From the human T2T-CHM13v2.0 reference genome, Homo sapiens: a DNA stretch of 64,000 nt. The notes below the pieces were generated by a model. That model was not told where the DNA came from, did not search any database, and saw nothing but the letters and a program-made list of their open reading frames with translations. This document shows positions 25,445 to 38,084 of the stretch, piece by piece. The position numbers were made by a program, and so were the translations under genes. The stretch lies in assembly GCF_009914755.1 (NCBI RefSeq), contig NC_060931.1, one strand, 5' to 3'. The stretch's first letter is position 1. Each line of letters begins with the position of its first letter.

Positions 25445-25679
25445 CTGGAGAGAGCAGGATGGGAGGATGAGGGGCAAGGGCTTCATTAACATTTGCTTGT
25501 ATAGAATAAAGAGAAAGAGTCTCCACATGAAAGAACAGACATTGACTGTCCAAAGTCATAACACAAGAGTCTTTTTTTTTTGACAAACTAAATACAATTT
25601 GAATGCAGGAAGGAAGCAGCTTGAACACCACTGAGAAAGATCAACACTTTTAAAAGATGAAGAGCTTATATTTGATAAT

Positions 25680-25900
25680 GTTAAATTTTTCAACTCATCA
25701 AGACAATATAATGATTTTGAAAGTGTGTATTGTGCATCTAATATCATAGTCCCCAAATATATAAAGTCAAACTTGATGGAATCACAAGAAGGACTTATAA
25801 TGAATTAATCATAATGCAAGACTTTAGCACACCTCACTCATTAAATTAAAAAGATAACAAAATGGAAAAGAAGAATAGTGTGATTAAAAAATTTAATCTA
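25680..25900 (+). mobile_element. Old L1M ORF2 (endonuclease) fragment
   Basis: AAGACAATATAATGATTTTGAAAGTGTGTA...AAATATATAAAG...AAGACTTTAGCACACCTCACTCA. Confidence 0.5.
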
Positions 25901-27301
25901 GTGTGGGGTGTGTGTGTGTGTGTGTGTATATACTTATTTTTTTATTAAGGCACCCAGATTCCCGAGCAAGATGGTCGAATAGAAACAGCTCTGGTCTGCA
26001 GCTCCCAGCGAGACCAATGCAGAAGGTGGGTGATTTCTGCATTTCTAACTGAGGTACCTGGCTCATCTCACTCGGACTGGTTAGACAGTGGGTGCAGCCC
26101 AAGGAGGCCAAGCAGAAGCAGGGTGGGGCATCGCCTCACCCGGGAAGTGCAAGGGGTCAGGAACTCCTTCCCCTAGCCAAGGGAAGCTGTGAGGGACTGT
26201 GCCTTGAGAAAAGGTGCATTCCAGCCCAGACGCTATGCTTTTCCCATGGTCTTCGCAACCCGCAGACCAGGAGATTTCCTTGGGTGCCTACACTATCAGG
26301 GAACTGGGTTTCAAGCACAAAATTGGGCGGCAGTTTGGTCAGACACCGAGCTAGCTGCAGGAATTTTCCTTTTTTTTTGTACCCCAGTGGTGCCTGGAAT
26401 ACCAGTGAGACAGAACTGCTCACTTCCCTGGAAAGGGAGCTGAAGCCAGGGAGCCAAGTGGTCTTGCTCAGAGGATCCCACCCCCATGGAGCCCAGCAAG
26501 CTAAGATCCACTGGTTTGAAATTCTCCCAGCCAGCACAGTAGTCTGAAGTTGACCTGGGACACTCGAGCTTGGTTGGGGGAGGGGCATCACCATTACTGA
26601 GACTTGAGTAGGTGGTTTTCACAGTGTAAAAAAGCCACCAGGAATTTCGGACTGGGCGGAGCCTACCGCAGCTTGGCAAAGCCACTGTAGCCAGACTGCC
26701 TCTCTAGATTCCTCCTCTGTGGGCAGGGCATCTCCGAAAGAAAGGAAGCGGCCCTAGTAAGGCACTTACTACATAGATAAAACTCCCATTTCCCTGGGAC
26801 AGAGCACCTGGGGGAAGGGGCAGCTGTGGGCGCAGCTTCAACAGACTTAAACATTCCTGCCTGCTGGCTCTGAAGAGAGCAGCGGACCTCCTAGCACAGC
26901 ACTGGAGCTCTGCTAAGGGACAGACTGTCTCCTCAAGTGGGTCCCTGATCCCCATGCCTCCTGACTGGGAGACACCTCCCAGCAGGGGTCAACAGGCACC
27001 TCATACAGGAGAGCTCTGTCTGGCATCTGGCAGGTGGCCCTCTGGGACAGAGCTTCCAGAGGAAGGAGCAGGCAGCAATCTTTGCTGTTCTGCAGCCTCC
27101 ACTTGTGATACTCTGGCAAACAGGGTCTGGAGTGGACCTCCAGCAAACTCCAGCAGACCTGCAGAAGAGGGGCCTCACTGTTAGAAGGAAAACTAACAAA
27201 CAAGAAGCAGTAGCATTGACATCAACAAAAAGGGCGACCACTCAAAAACCCCATCCAAAGTTCACCAACATCGAAGACCAAAGGTAGACAAATCCATAAA
27301 G

Positions 27302-28308
27302 ATGAGGAAAAAACAGTGCAAAAAGGGCTGAAAAACCAGAATGCCTCTTCTCCTCCAAAGTATCACAACTCCTCGCCAGCAAGGGAACAAAACTGGATGG
27401 AGAATGAGTTTGATGAATTTACAGAAGTAGGCTTTCAGAAGGTGGGTAATAAAAAACTCCTCCAAGCTAAAGGAGCATGTTCTAACCCAATGCAAGGAAG
27501 CTAAGAATATTGATAAAAAGTTACAGCAATTGCCAACTAGAATAACCAGTTTAGAGAAGAACAGAAATGATCTAATGGAGCTGAAAAACACAGCATGAGA
27601 ACTTCCTGAAGCATACACAAGTATCAATAGCCAAACTGACAAGCAGAAGAAAGGATATCAGAGAATGAAGATCAACTTAATGAAATAAAACATGAAGACA
27701 AGGTTAAAGAAAAAAGAATGAAAAGGAACAAACAAAGCCTCCAAGAAATATGGGACTATGTGAAGAGATCAAACCTAGGTTTGATTGTTGTACCTGAAAG
27801 TGATAAGAAGAATGGAAAACACACTTCAGGATATTATCCAGGAGAACTTCCACAACCCACCAAGACAGGCCAACATTCAAATTCAGGAAATACAGAGAAC
27901 ACCACAAAGATTAGCCTTGAGAAGAGCAACCCCAAGACACATAAAGGTCAGATTCACCAAGGTTGAAATGAAGGAAAAAATGTTAAGGACAGCCAGAGAA
28001 TAAGGTCGGGTTACCCACAAAGAGAAGCCCAACAGACTAACAGCAGATCTCTCTGCAGAAACCCTACTAGCCAGAAGAGAGTGAGGGCCAACATTCAACA
28101 TTCTTAAAGAAAAGAATTTTCAACCAGAATTTCCTATCCAGCGAAACTAAGCTTCATAAGTGAAGAAAAAATAAAATCCTTTACAGACAAGCAAATGCTG
28201 AGGGATTTTGTCACCACCAGGCCTGCCTTACAAGAGCTCCTGAAGGAAGCACTAAATATGAAAAGGAAAAACCAGTACCAGTCACTGCAAAAGCATACCA
28301 AAATGTAA
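27302..28308 (+). pseudogene. L1PA7-like ORF1, disrupted
   Basis: Fragments QSLQEIWDYVKR and QIQEIQRTPQR lie in different frames, with stops. Confidence 0.88.
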
Positions 28309-28371
28309 AGACCATTGTCACTATGAAGAAACTGCATCAACTAATGGGCAAAATAACCAGCTAGTATCATA

Positions 28372-31300
28372 ATGACAGGGTCAAATTCACACATAACAAT
28401 ATTAACCTTAAATATAAATGGAACAAATGCCCCAATTAAAAGACACAGACTGGCAAATTGGAGAAAGAGTCAAGGCCCATTGGTGTGCTGTATTCAGGAG
28501 ACCCACCTCACTTGCAAAAACACACATAGGCTCAAAATAAAGGGATGGAGGAAGATTTGCCAAGCAAATGGGAAGCCAAAAAAAAAAAAAGAACCAAAAA
28601 AAAAAGAAAAAAGAAAAGAAAAATGCAGGGGTTGCAATTCTAGTCTCTGATAAAACATATTTTACACCAACAAAGATCAAAAAAGACAAAGAAGGGCATT
28701 ATATAATGGTAAAGGCATCAATGCAACAAGAAGAGCTAGCTACCCTAAATATATATGCACCCAATACAGGAGCACCCAGATTCATAAAGCAAGTGCTTAG
28801 AGACCTACGAAGAGACTTAGACTCCCAGAAAAAAATAGTGGGAGACTTTAACACCCCATTGTCAATATTAGACAGATCAATGAGATAGAAAATTAACAAG
28901 GATATTCAGGTTGTGAACTCAGCTCTGCATCAAGCAGACCTAATAGACATCTACAGAACTCTCTACCCCAAACCAACAGGACATACATTCTTCTCAGCAC
29001 CATATAGCACTTATTCTAAAATTGACCACACAATTGGAAGTAAAACACTCCTCAGCAAATCCAAAAGAATGGAAATCATAACAAACAGTCTCTCAGACCA
29101 TAGCGCAATCAAATTAGAACTCATGATTAAGAAACTCACTCAAAACTGCACAACTACATGGAAACCGAACAAGCTGCTCCTGCATGACTACTGGGTAAAT
29201 AATGAAATTAAGGCAGAAATAAATAAGTTCTTTGAAACCAGTGAGAACAAAGACACAACATACCAGAATTCTCTGGGACACAGCTAAAGCAGTGTCTAGA
29301 GGAAAATTTATAGCACTAAATGCCCATAGGAGAAAGTATGAAATATCTAAAATCAACATCTTAACACTACAATTTAAAAAACTAGAGAAGGAAGAGCAAA
29401 CAAATTCAAAAACTAGCAGAGGACAAGAAATAACTAAGATAAGAGCAGAACTGAAGGATATAAAGACATGATAAATCCTTCAAAAATCAATGAATACAAG
29501 AGCAGATTTTTTGAAAAGATTAACAAAATAGACTGGTAGCCAGATTAATAAAGGAGAAAAGTGACAAGAATCAAACAGACACAATAAAAAAATGATAAAG
29601 GGGTTATCACCACTGATCCCACAGAAATACAAACTACCATCAAAGAATACTACAAACACCTCTATGCAAATAAATTAGAAAATCTAGAAGAAATGGACAA
29701 ATTCCTGGACACATACACCCTCCCAAGACTAAACCAAGAAAAAGTTGAATCCCTGAATAGACCAATAACCAGTTCTGAAATTGAGGCAGTAATTAATAGC
29801 CTACCAACCGCAAAAAGGCACAGGACCAGATGGATTCACAGCCGAATTCTACCAGAGGTACAAAGAGGAGCTGGTACCATTCCTTCTAAAACTATTCCGA
29901 GCAACAGAAAAAGAAGGAATCCTCCCTAACTCTTTTTATGAGGCCAGCATCATCCTGATACCAAAACCTGGCAGAGGCACAACAAAAAAGGAAAATTTCA
30001 GGTCAATATCCCTGATAAACATCAATGTGGAAATCCTCAATAAAATACTGGCAAACCAAATCCAGCAGCACATTAAAAAGCTTATCCCCCATGATCAGGT
30101 TGGCTTCATCCCTGAGATGCAAGGCTGGTTCAACATAAGCAAATCAATAAATGTAATCCATCACATAAATGGAACCAATGACAAAAAACACATGATTATC
30201 TCAATAGATGCAGAAAAAGCCTTTGATAAAATTCAACACCCCTTCATGTTAAAAACACTCAATAAACTAGGTATTGATACAACGTATCCCAAAGTAATAA
30301 GAGCTATTTATGACAAACCCACAGCCAATATCATACTGAATGGGCAAAAGATGGAAGCATTTCCTTTGAAAACTGGCACAAGACAAAGATGCCCTCTCTC
30401 ATCACCCCTATTCAACATAGAAATGGAAGTTCTGGCCAGGGCAATCAGGCAAGAGAAAGAAATAAAGGGTATTCAAATAGGAAGAGAGGAAGTCAAATTA
30501 CCTCTGTTTGCAGATGATATGATTGTATATTTAGAAAACCCCATCATCTCAGCCCCAAAATGCCTTAAGCTGATAAGCAAACTCAGCAAAGTCTCAGGAT
30601 GCAAAATCAATGTGCAAAAATCACAAGCCTCCGTATACAAACAATAATAGACAAAGAGAGAGCCAAATCATGAGTGAACTCTCATTCACAATTGTTACCA
30701 AGAGAATAAAATACATAGGAATACAACTTACAAGAGATGTAAAGGACCTCTTCAAGGAGAACTACAAACCACTGCTCAAGGATATGAGAGAGGACACAAA
30801 CAAATGGAAAAATATTCCATGCTCATGGATAGGACGAATCAATATCATGAAAATGGCCATACTGCCCAAAGTAATTTATAGATTCAATGCTATCTCCATG
30901 AAGCTACCATTGACTTTCTTCACAGAATTAGAAAAAAACTATTTTAAATTTCATATGGAACCAAAAAAGAGCCTGTATAGCCAAGAAAATCTAAGCAAAA
31001 AGAAGAAAGCTGGAAGCATCATGCTACCTGACTTCAAACTATACTACAAGGCTAAAGTAACCAAAACAGCATGGTACTAGTACCAAAACAGGTATATAGA
31101 ACAATGGAACAGAACAGAGGCCTCAGAAATAACACCACACATCTACAACCATCTGTTCTTTGACAAATCTGATAAAAGCAATGGGAAACAGATTCCCCAT
31201 TTAATAACTGGTGTTGGAAAAACTGGCTAGCCATATGCAGAAAACTGAAACCGGACCCCTTCCTTACACCTTATACAAAAATTAACTCGAGATTTATTAA

Positions 31301-32219
31301 AGATTTAAACATAGGTCCTCAAACCATAAAAACCCTAGAAGAAAACCTAGGCAATACCATTCTGGACATAGGCATGGGCAAATACTTCATGACTAAAACA
31401 CCAAAAACAATTGCAAAAAAAGCCAAAATTGACAAATGGGATCTAATTAAACTAAAGAGCTTCTGCACAGCAAAAGAAACTATCATCAGCATGAACAGAC
31501 AACCTACAGAATGGGAGAATATTTTTGCAATCTATCCATCTGACAAAGGGCTAATATTCAGACTCTACAAAGAACTTAAACAAATTTACAAGAAAAAAAC
31601 AACCTTATCAAAAAGTGGGCAAAGGATATGAACAGACACATCGCAAAAGAAGACATTTATGCGGCCAACAAACATATGAAAAACAGTTCATCATCACTGG
31701 TCATTAGAAAAATGCAAATCAAAACCACAATGAGATACCATCTCACACCAGTTAGAATGGCAATCATTAAAAAACAGATGCTGGAGAGGATGTGGAGAAA
31801 TAGGAATGCTTTTACACTGTTGGTGGGAGTGTAAATTAGTTCATCCATTGTGGAAGACAGTGTGGCAATTCCTCATGGATCTAGAACTAGAAGTACCATT
31901 TGACCTAGCAATCCCATTACTGGGTATACACCCAAAGGATTATAAATCATTCTACTATAAAGACACATGCACACATATGTTTATTGCAGCACTATTTACA
32001 ATAGCAAAGACTTGGAACCCACTCAAATGCCCATCCATGATAGACTGGATAAAGAAAATGTGGCACATATACACCATGGAATACTATGCAGTCATAAAAA
32101 ATAATGAGTTTACATCCTTTACAGAGACATGGATGAAGCTGGAAACTATCATTCTCAGCAAACTAACACAGGAACAGAAAACCAAACACTGCATGTTCTC
32201 ATTCATAAGTAGGAGTCGA
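28372..32219 (+). pseudogene. L1PA7-like ORF2 (endonuclease/reverse transcriptase), disrupted
   Basis: MTGSNSHITILTLN start, [12 protein letters not shown] motif, C-terminal HCWWECKLV; many frameshifts and stops; A-rich expansion at about 28578-28623. Confidence 0.9.
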
Positions 32220-33117
32220 ACAATGAGAATATATGGGCATAGGAAGGGGAACATCAGACACTTGGGCCTGTCTGGTGGTGGAGTCAAGGGGAGGAAGGGA
32301 TAGCATTAGGAGAAATACCTAATGTAGATGACAGGTTGATGGGTGCAGCAAACCACCATGGCACATGTATACCTATGTGACACACCTGCTCATTCTGCAC
32401 ATGTATCCCAGAACTTAAGTATAATAATAATAAAAAAGACACCCAGGAAGAATAAAAAATATAGCATTTAACTTACTAAATGGTTAACTACATGGTATGG
32501 TCATAGTAAGGTTGAGGGAAAATGAAATGTAACAGTATGTCTGAATATGCATTTTATATGCTTTTGAAATATTTTAGATACATATAAAAATAAAAGTAAA
32601 TACAAACAATTGAAGCCTAGTAGTAAACTTTCTGTTTGATATTTTTGTTGTGTATGTATTTGTATATGACATAGCAAATAATTAATATATACTATTATTA
32701 TAAACTAAGATTTTCAATGTTAGACAATAGAAGTATAAATATGAAAGTGTAAGAGTAAAATGCTAAAATAGTAAACTTGAATTTGAGATATCAACATAAG
32801 ATTATATATACTTTTTTTTTATATTCATATACACATACATATATTCTATCTCTGTCCACTAGGAGGAACAGGAAGAATATGCTGGGTAATGGTGTAAAAG
32901 GAATAATAGATTTTTTAAAATCATGATTTTATAACTCCAGTATAATAATTGATTCAGACGATTTTCAAAAATGAAGGCTAAAATAATTATGAAATGTTTG
33001 GTGGAACTAAGACATACCTATGTGCTAAAGTTTAATTGGTAATTATTTATAAAAAATGCTAATTTTTGACAACTAATTAAATTTTTAATGGCCCACAGGA
33101 AATTTGTATTTTCCTTA

Positions 33118-33499
<382 letters not shown>

Positions 33500-33557
33500 T
33501 TATTTCACACACACAAATAATATATATAGAATTATATGTATGTAAAATTTATAATAC

Positions 33558-35281
33558 TGGTGGAAACTAAAAATAAATCCTAACCCCCACTGACTGAATG
33601 GATCTCTTCTTGGTCAAGGGGACCCCAGAAAAACCTTAAAAACTGAATTCTTGGCCATGACAAAAAGGGAAGTCAGTCCTTCTTCATAATACTCCCTTCC
33701 TTTTGGAGTTCAGGCACAGCAACTGAGAAGCTTTTATGTTAAAATAGAAGTCTTCAGGCTGACAAAACAGACTCTTCATGGCAATAATGATAACGACAGG
33801 AAGCAGACAAATCCTAGGCAGATAGGGGTGGGCCCCTGGTGAAACCCGACTTTCAAACCAAAGACAGTTTAAAGCCTGAAAAACCAAGTCACAATCTTGG
33901 ATAAATCTGCGGACTAGATTGAGAACCATTCCTCCCATTTGGTATGACTTCCTCTGATTGATCCCCACCCTTCAACTATTTTACATATACCTACCCTTCC
34001 CTAATTGGTTTTTTACACTGCCTTGCTCACCTTTGAGTGGTGTCTTTCAGCCTCTTTTGCATACTCACAAACCAATCAGCATGCACTCCCCAATTCTGAG
34101 CCCGTAAAAGCCCCAGCTGAGAGAGAGACCCCGCTGAGATCTGTTTCATTGTTCAAAAAAATTCTTCTCCGCCCTCTTCACCCTTCAACTTTCAGGGAGA
34201 TCTCATTCTTCTTGGATGCAGGACAAGAACTCAGGACTCATCAAATGCAGGTACAAAGAAGACGGTAACACCGTGGCCCTCTGCCCTTGACCGGGTAAGG
34301 GTAGCCGCCCCACTTGATGAGAAGCAGAGGCGTAGCTGAGCCAGCCCAGGAGCCCCAGGCTGGAGAGGGGTAACGGGCTGACAGAACAGTGAGTGCACCG
34401 CCACCCATCAGGCTGCAGACAGTGGGCTAAAAGAGCTAATTAGCATGCTGTAACACACCCTCTGGGGCCTCAGGGTTGCAGGCACCTCTCTCTGGGCACC
34501 ACTGCATTCCCCTCGTCTGAACACTGGAATCCACTGCAGGAGTTGCTTGCAACACGCCTAGTCCAGCCGCAAGCCCTGCATGGAACTCACTCCTGTGCCA
34601 GTGTTTAGAACCACGGGCCGCAGCTCGCACTAGCTCACTCACACACCTCCTCCCACCAGGGACTGAGTGCGCAGTCATGGTGGCCATGGGATTCACGCCA
34701 GGGTGCAAGCCAGGCACTGCCCGGCGGGCTGAGTAGATGGGGTGTCTCCTGCAGCGAACCCGGGTGGGAGCAAGGCCTGGGCAGGGGCGTTGCTGGCCGA
34801 AGGTCTCTAGCTGGCAAAGTGACTGAGAAAAATCCTGCATCATTTTGATACCAAATAATAAATAAGACTTAAGGCCCTACAAAGCAAAAGTTAAGTCTTG
34901 TCTGCAGGCCATCAATCTTGCTACATGGCATCCTTAACTTAAAACATTTCTTTTTGCTGACTCCAAGTTTTAGTGAGAGCCTTACTTCTTTAACAAATCG
35001 GAAAGTAAAGAGTCTCTTAAATTACCTATAACCTGCAAGTCCCCACTGCAAGATATCTCGCCTTTTCTGGCCAAACCAATGTATACTTTCCATGCATTGA
35101 GTTATGCGTTTGCCTGTAAGTCTTACCTCCCTAAAATTTATAAAACCAAAACCGTAATCCAGCTGCCTTGGGACCACTTAAGCCTTCTTGGGTTTGTGTT
35201 TTCCTGAGCCATGGTCACTCATATTGGCTCAGAATAAACCTATTTTAAATATTTTACAGAGCTTGCTTTTTTCCATTAACA
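33558..35281 (+). mobile_element. ERV1 solo LTR, MER39-like, split by a second LTR (segments 33558-33787 and 34847-35281)
   Basis: AAGGGGACCCCAGAAAAACCTTAAAAACTGA...GGCAATAA | GATACCAAAT...GGTCACTCATATTGGCTCAGAATAAAC...AACA. Confidence 0.78.
33788..34842 (+). mobile_element. ERV1 solo LTR, LTR28/LTR1-family-like
   Basis: TGATAACGACAGGAAGCAGACAAATCCTAGGCAGATAGGGG start, GAGAAAAATCCTGCATCA end; CCAAT box at about 34072 and TATA-like GTAAAAG at about 34104. Confidence 0.78.
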
Positions 35282-37007
35282 CAAGCATACCTCAGTTTAT
35301 TGTGCTACACTTTATTGGGCTTTGCAGATATTGCATTTTTTGCAAATTGAAGGTTTGTGGCAACCTTGTGTCTAGCAATTTTATCACCACCATATTTCCA
35401 ACAGCATGTGCTCACTTTGTGTCTCTGTATCACACACTGGTAATTCACACAATATTTCAAACTTTTTCATTATTATTGTATCTGTAATGGTGACCTATGA
35501 CCAGTTACTATTACAATTGTTTTAGGGGTCTCTCTATGTTGCCATTAAGTTAATGGATAAATGTTTTGTGTGTTCTGAGTACTCCACTTACCTGCAGTTC
35601 CCCTGTCTTTCTCTCTCTCATTGTGCCTCCCTGTTCCCTGAGACACAGCAATATAGAAATTAAGCCAATTAATAACCCTACAATCACCTCTAAGTGTTCA
35701 AGTAACAAAAAAAAGTTTCACATATCTCTCACTTTAAATTAAAAGCTAGAAATGATTAAGCTTAAGAAGGAAGGTAAGTTAAAACCTGAGATAAGATTAA
35801 AAGCTAGACCTCTTGTGGAAAGCAGCCAAGTAGTGGATATCCAGCAAAGAAGTTCTTGAAAAAAATTAAAAGTTCTAGTCCAGTGAACATATGAATGATA
35901 AGAAAGCAAAACAGCCTCATTGCTGATTTGAAACAAGTTTTAGTGTTCTGGATAGAAGATCAAACTAGCCACAATTTCCTTTGGGCCAAAGCCTAATCCA
36001 GAGCAAGACCCTAAGTCTCTTCAATTTTATGAGGGATGAAAGGGATGAGGGAGCTGCTGAAGTAAAGCTTGAAGTTAGCAGAGGTTGGTTCATGAGGTTT
36101 AAGGAAAGAAGCCATCTTCATAAAATAAAAGCACAAGACAAACCAACAAGTGTTGATCTGGAAGCTACAGTAAGTTACCCAGAAGATCTAGCTAAGACCA
36201 TTCAAGGTGGCTGCACTAAACAATAGATTTTCATTGTAGACTAAATAGCCATATATTGGAAGAAGATGCAATCTACAATTTTCATAGTTAGAAGTTTGAA
36301 AGCTTCAAAGAACAGGCTGACTCTCTTGTTTGGGGCTAATACAGGTGGTGGCTTTAAGATGAAGCCATTTACCATTCCAAATATTGCAGGGCTCTTAAGA
36401 ATTATGCTAAATGTACTCTGCCTGTGCTCTAGAAATGGAAAAACAAAGCCTGGATTACAGCACATCTGTTTACAGCATGGTTTGCTGACTATTTTAAGCT
36501 TAGTATTGAGATGTATTGCTCTGAAAAAAAAAGAATTCTTTCAAAGTATTACTGCTTCTTGTCAATGTACATGGTCTCCCATGAGCTCTGATGAAGATGT
36601 ACAAGGAAATCAATGTTTTGATGCCTGCTAACAAAATATCCATTCTGCAGCATGTGGATCAAGGAGTAATTTCAACTTTCCAGCCTTACTATTTAATAAA
36701 TGCATTTTGTAAGGCTACCATTGCCATAGATAGTGATTCATCTGATGGATGGATATGATTTATTGAAGGCCCTGATGATCATTAGCATTTTTAGCAAAAA
36801 AAGTGATTTGTGATTAAAGTATATATATATTGTTTTTATAGATATAATGCAATTGCACACTTAGTAAACGACAGTGAAGTATTAGTATAAGCATAAATTT
36901 TATATGCTCTAGGAAACAAAAAAAATTGGTGTGAGTTTCTTGATTGCGATATTCACTTTATCATGCTGGTCTGGAGCCTAACCCACAACATCTTCAAAGT
37001 ACACTTG
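35282..37007 (+). mobile_element. Tigger1 DNA transposon, internally deleted, transposase decayed
   Basis: TIR-like CAAGCATACCTC start and AAAGTACACTTG end; ORF 35981 gives [22 protein letters not shown], a pogo/CENP-B-type motif. Confidence 0.9.
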
Positions 37008-37204
37008 TGTTACCATACATAATATTATATATTATACATAAGGCATCCTGTCTTGTGGTAATCCTGATCTGAAGTACCTAACATCGTTTATGAACTTTTT
37101 TTGCTAAAAAATATTTAACCTCAATCTAATCAATCCAGAGTCTGAAACTGACATCCAGTTTGCAGAGAGTTCAGAAGACAGAGGGAAACATTAAGCAGTA
37201 CTAG

Positions 37205-37541
<337 letters not shown>

Positions 37542-37989
37542 AACCATTATTACAAGACAACTCTCCTGGACTCAGATGTAAATTGCATAAGAAAGTGGGG
37601 TTATGGCATCAACTTAAAAGACACAAAAAGACAAAAAAAACCTTGTGGATAAACATTGATTTGATCTAATTAAAACGTTCAAAACAGACATTCTCAGCTT
37701 AATTGGGGGAATTCTTAAAATGCACTGACAACATTAGATAATATAATCGATTTATTGCTCAATTTCTTAGGTATAATCATGGTGTTTTTAAAAGAAAAAT
37801 GTTATTATTATTGGAGGATGCATCATGTAGTACTGGGGTGGTTATATTTCAACATACATGGAAAGTATTGAAACAAATGTACCACCCTATAATATTTAAA
37901 TATATATTACTGTTAATGTAACTTCAAAAGAACTGGCATGTTGCTTGTTTCATCTGTCAATAATCTTCAATAAGTAGACACTATTATTT

Positions 37990-38084
37990 AATTTGGGCTA
38001 CACACTAAAGTAACTGGGTAGTTTAAAACAACATCAACAAAAAAAACAACAATTAAGCTCAGGTTCTACCCCCTAGAGATTCTA
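37990..38084. mobile_element. MER5A1/MER5B-like fragment; the other half is at about 41228-41270
   Basis: GCTCAGGTTCTACCCCCTAGAGATTCT on the left; TTTTAAAGCTTTCAGTATGCTTCTAATGTGCAGC resumes after the Alu. Confidence 0.55.

Larger units (their letters stand above)
25958..32435 (+). mobile_element. Full-length decayed LINE-1, L1PA7-like
   Basis: Long 5' UTR starting CAAGATGGTCGAATAG; fragmented ORF1 and ORF2; 3' UTR AATGTAGATGACAGGTTGATGGGTGCAGCAAACCACCATGGCAC...GTATCCCAGAACTTAA; TSD AAG(G/A)CACCCAG at 25947-25957 and 32436-32446. Confidence 0.93.

Noticed and set aside
35981-36631. Domesticated Tigger (TIGD-like) gene
   Set aside because: The transposase is fragmented by stops, frameshifts and internal deletions; an ordinary Tigger1 relic
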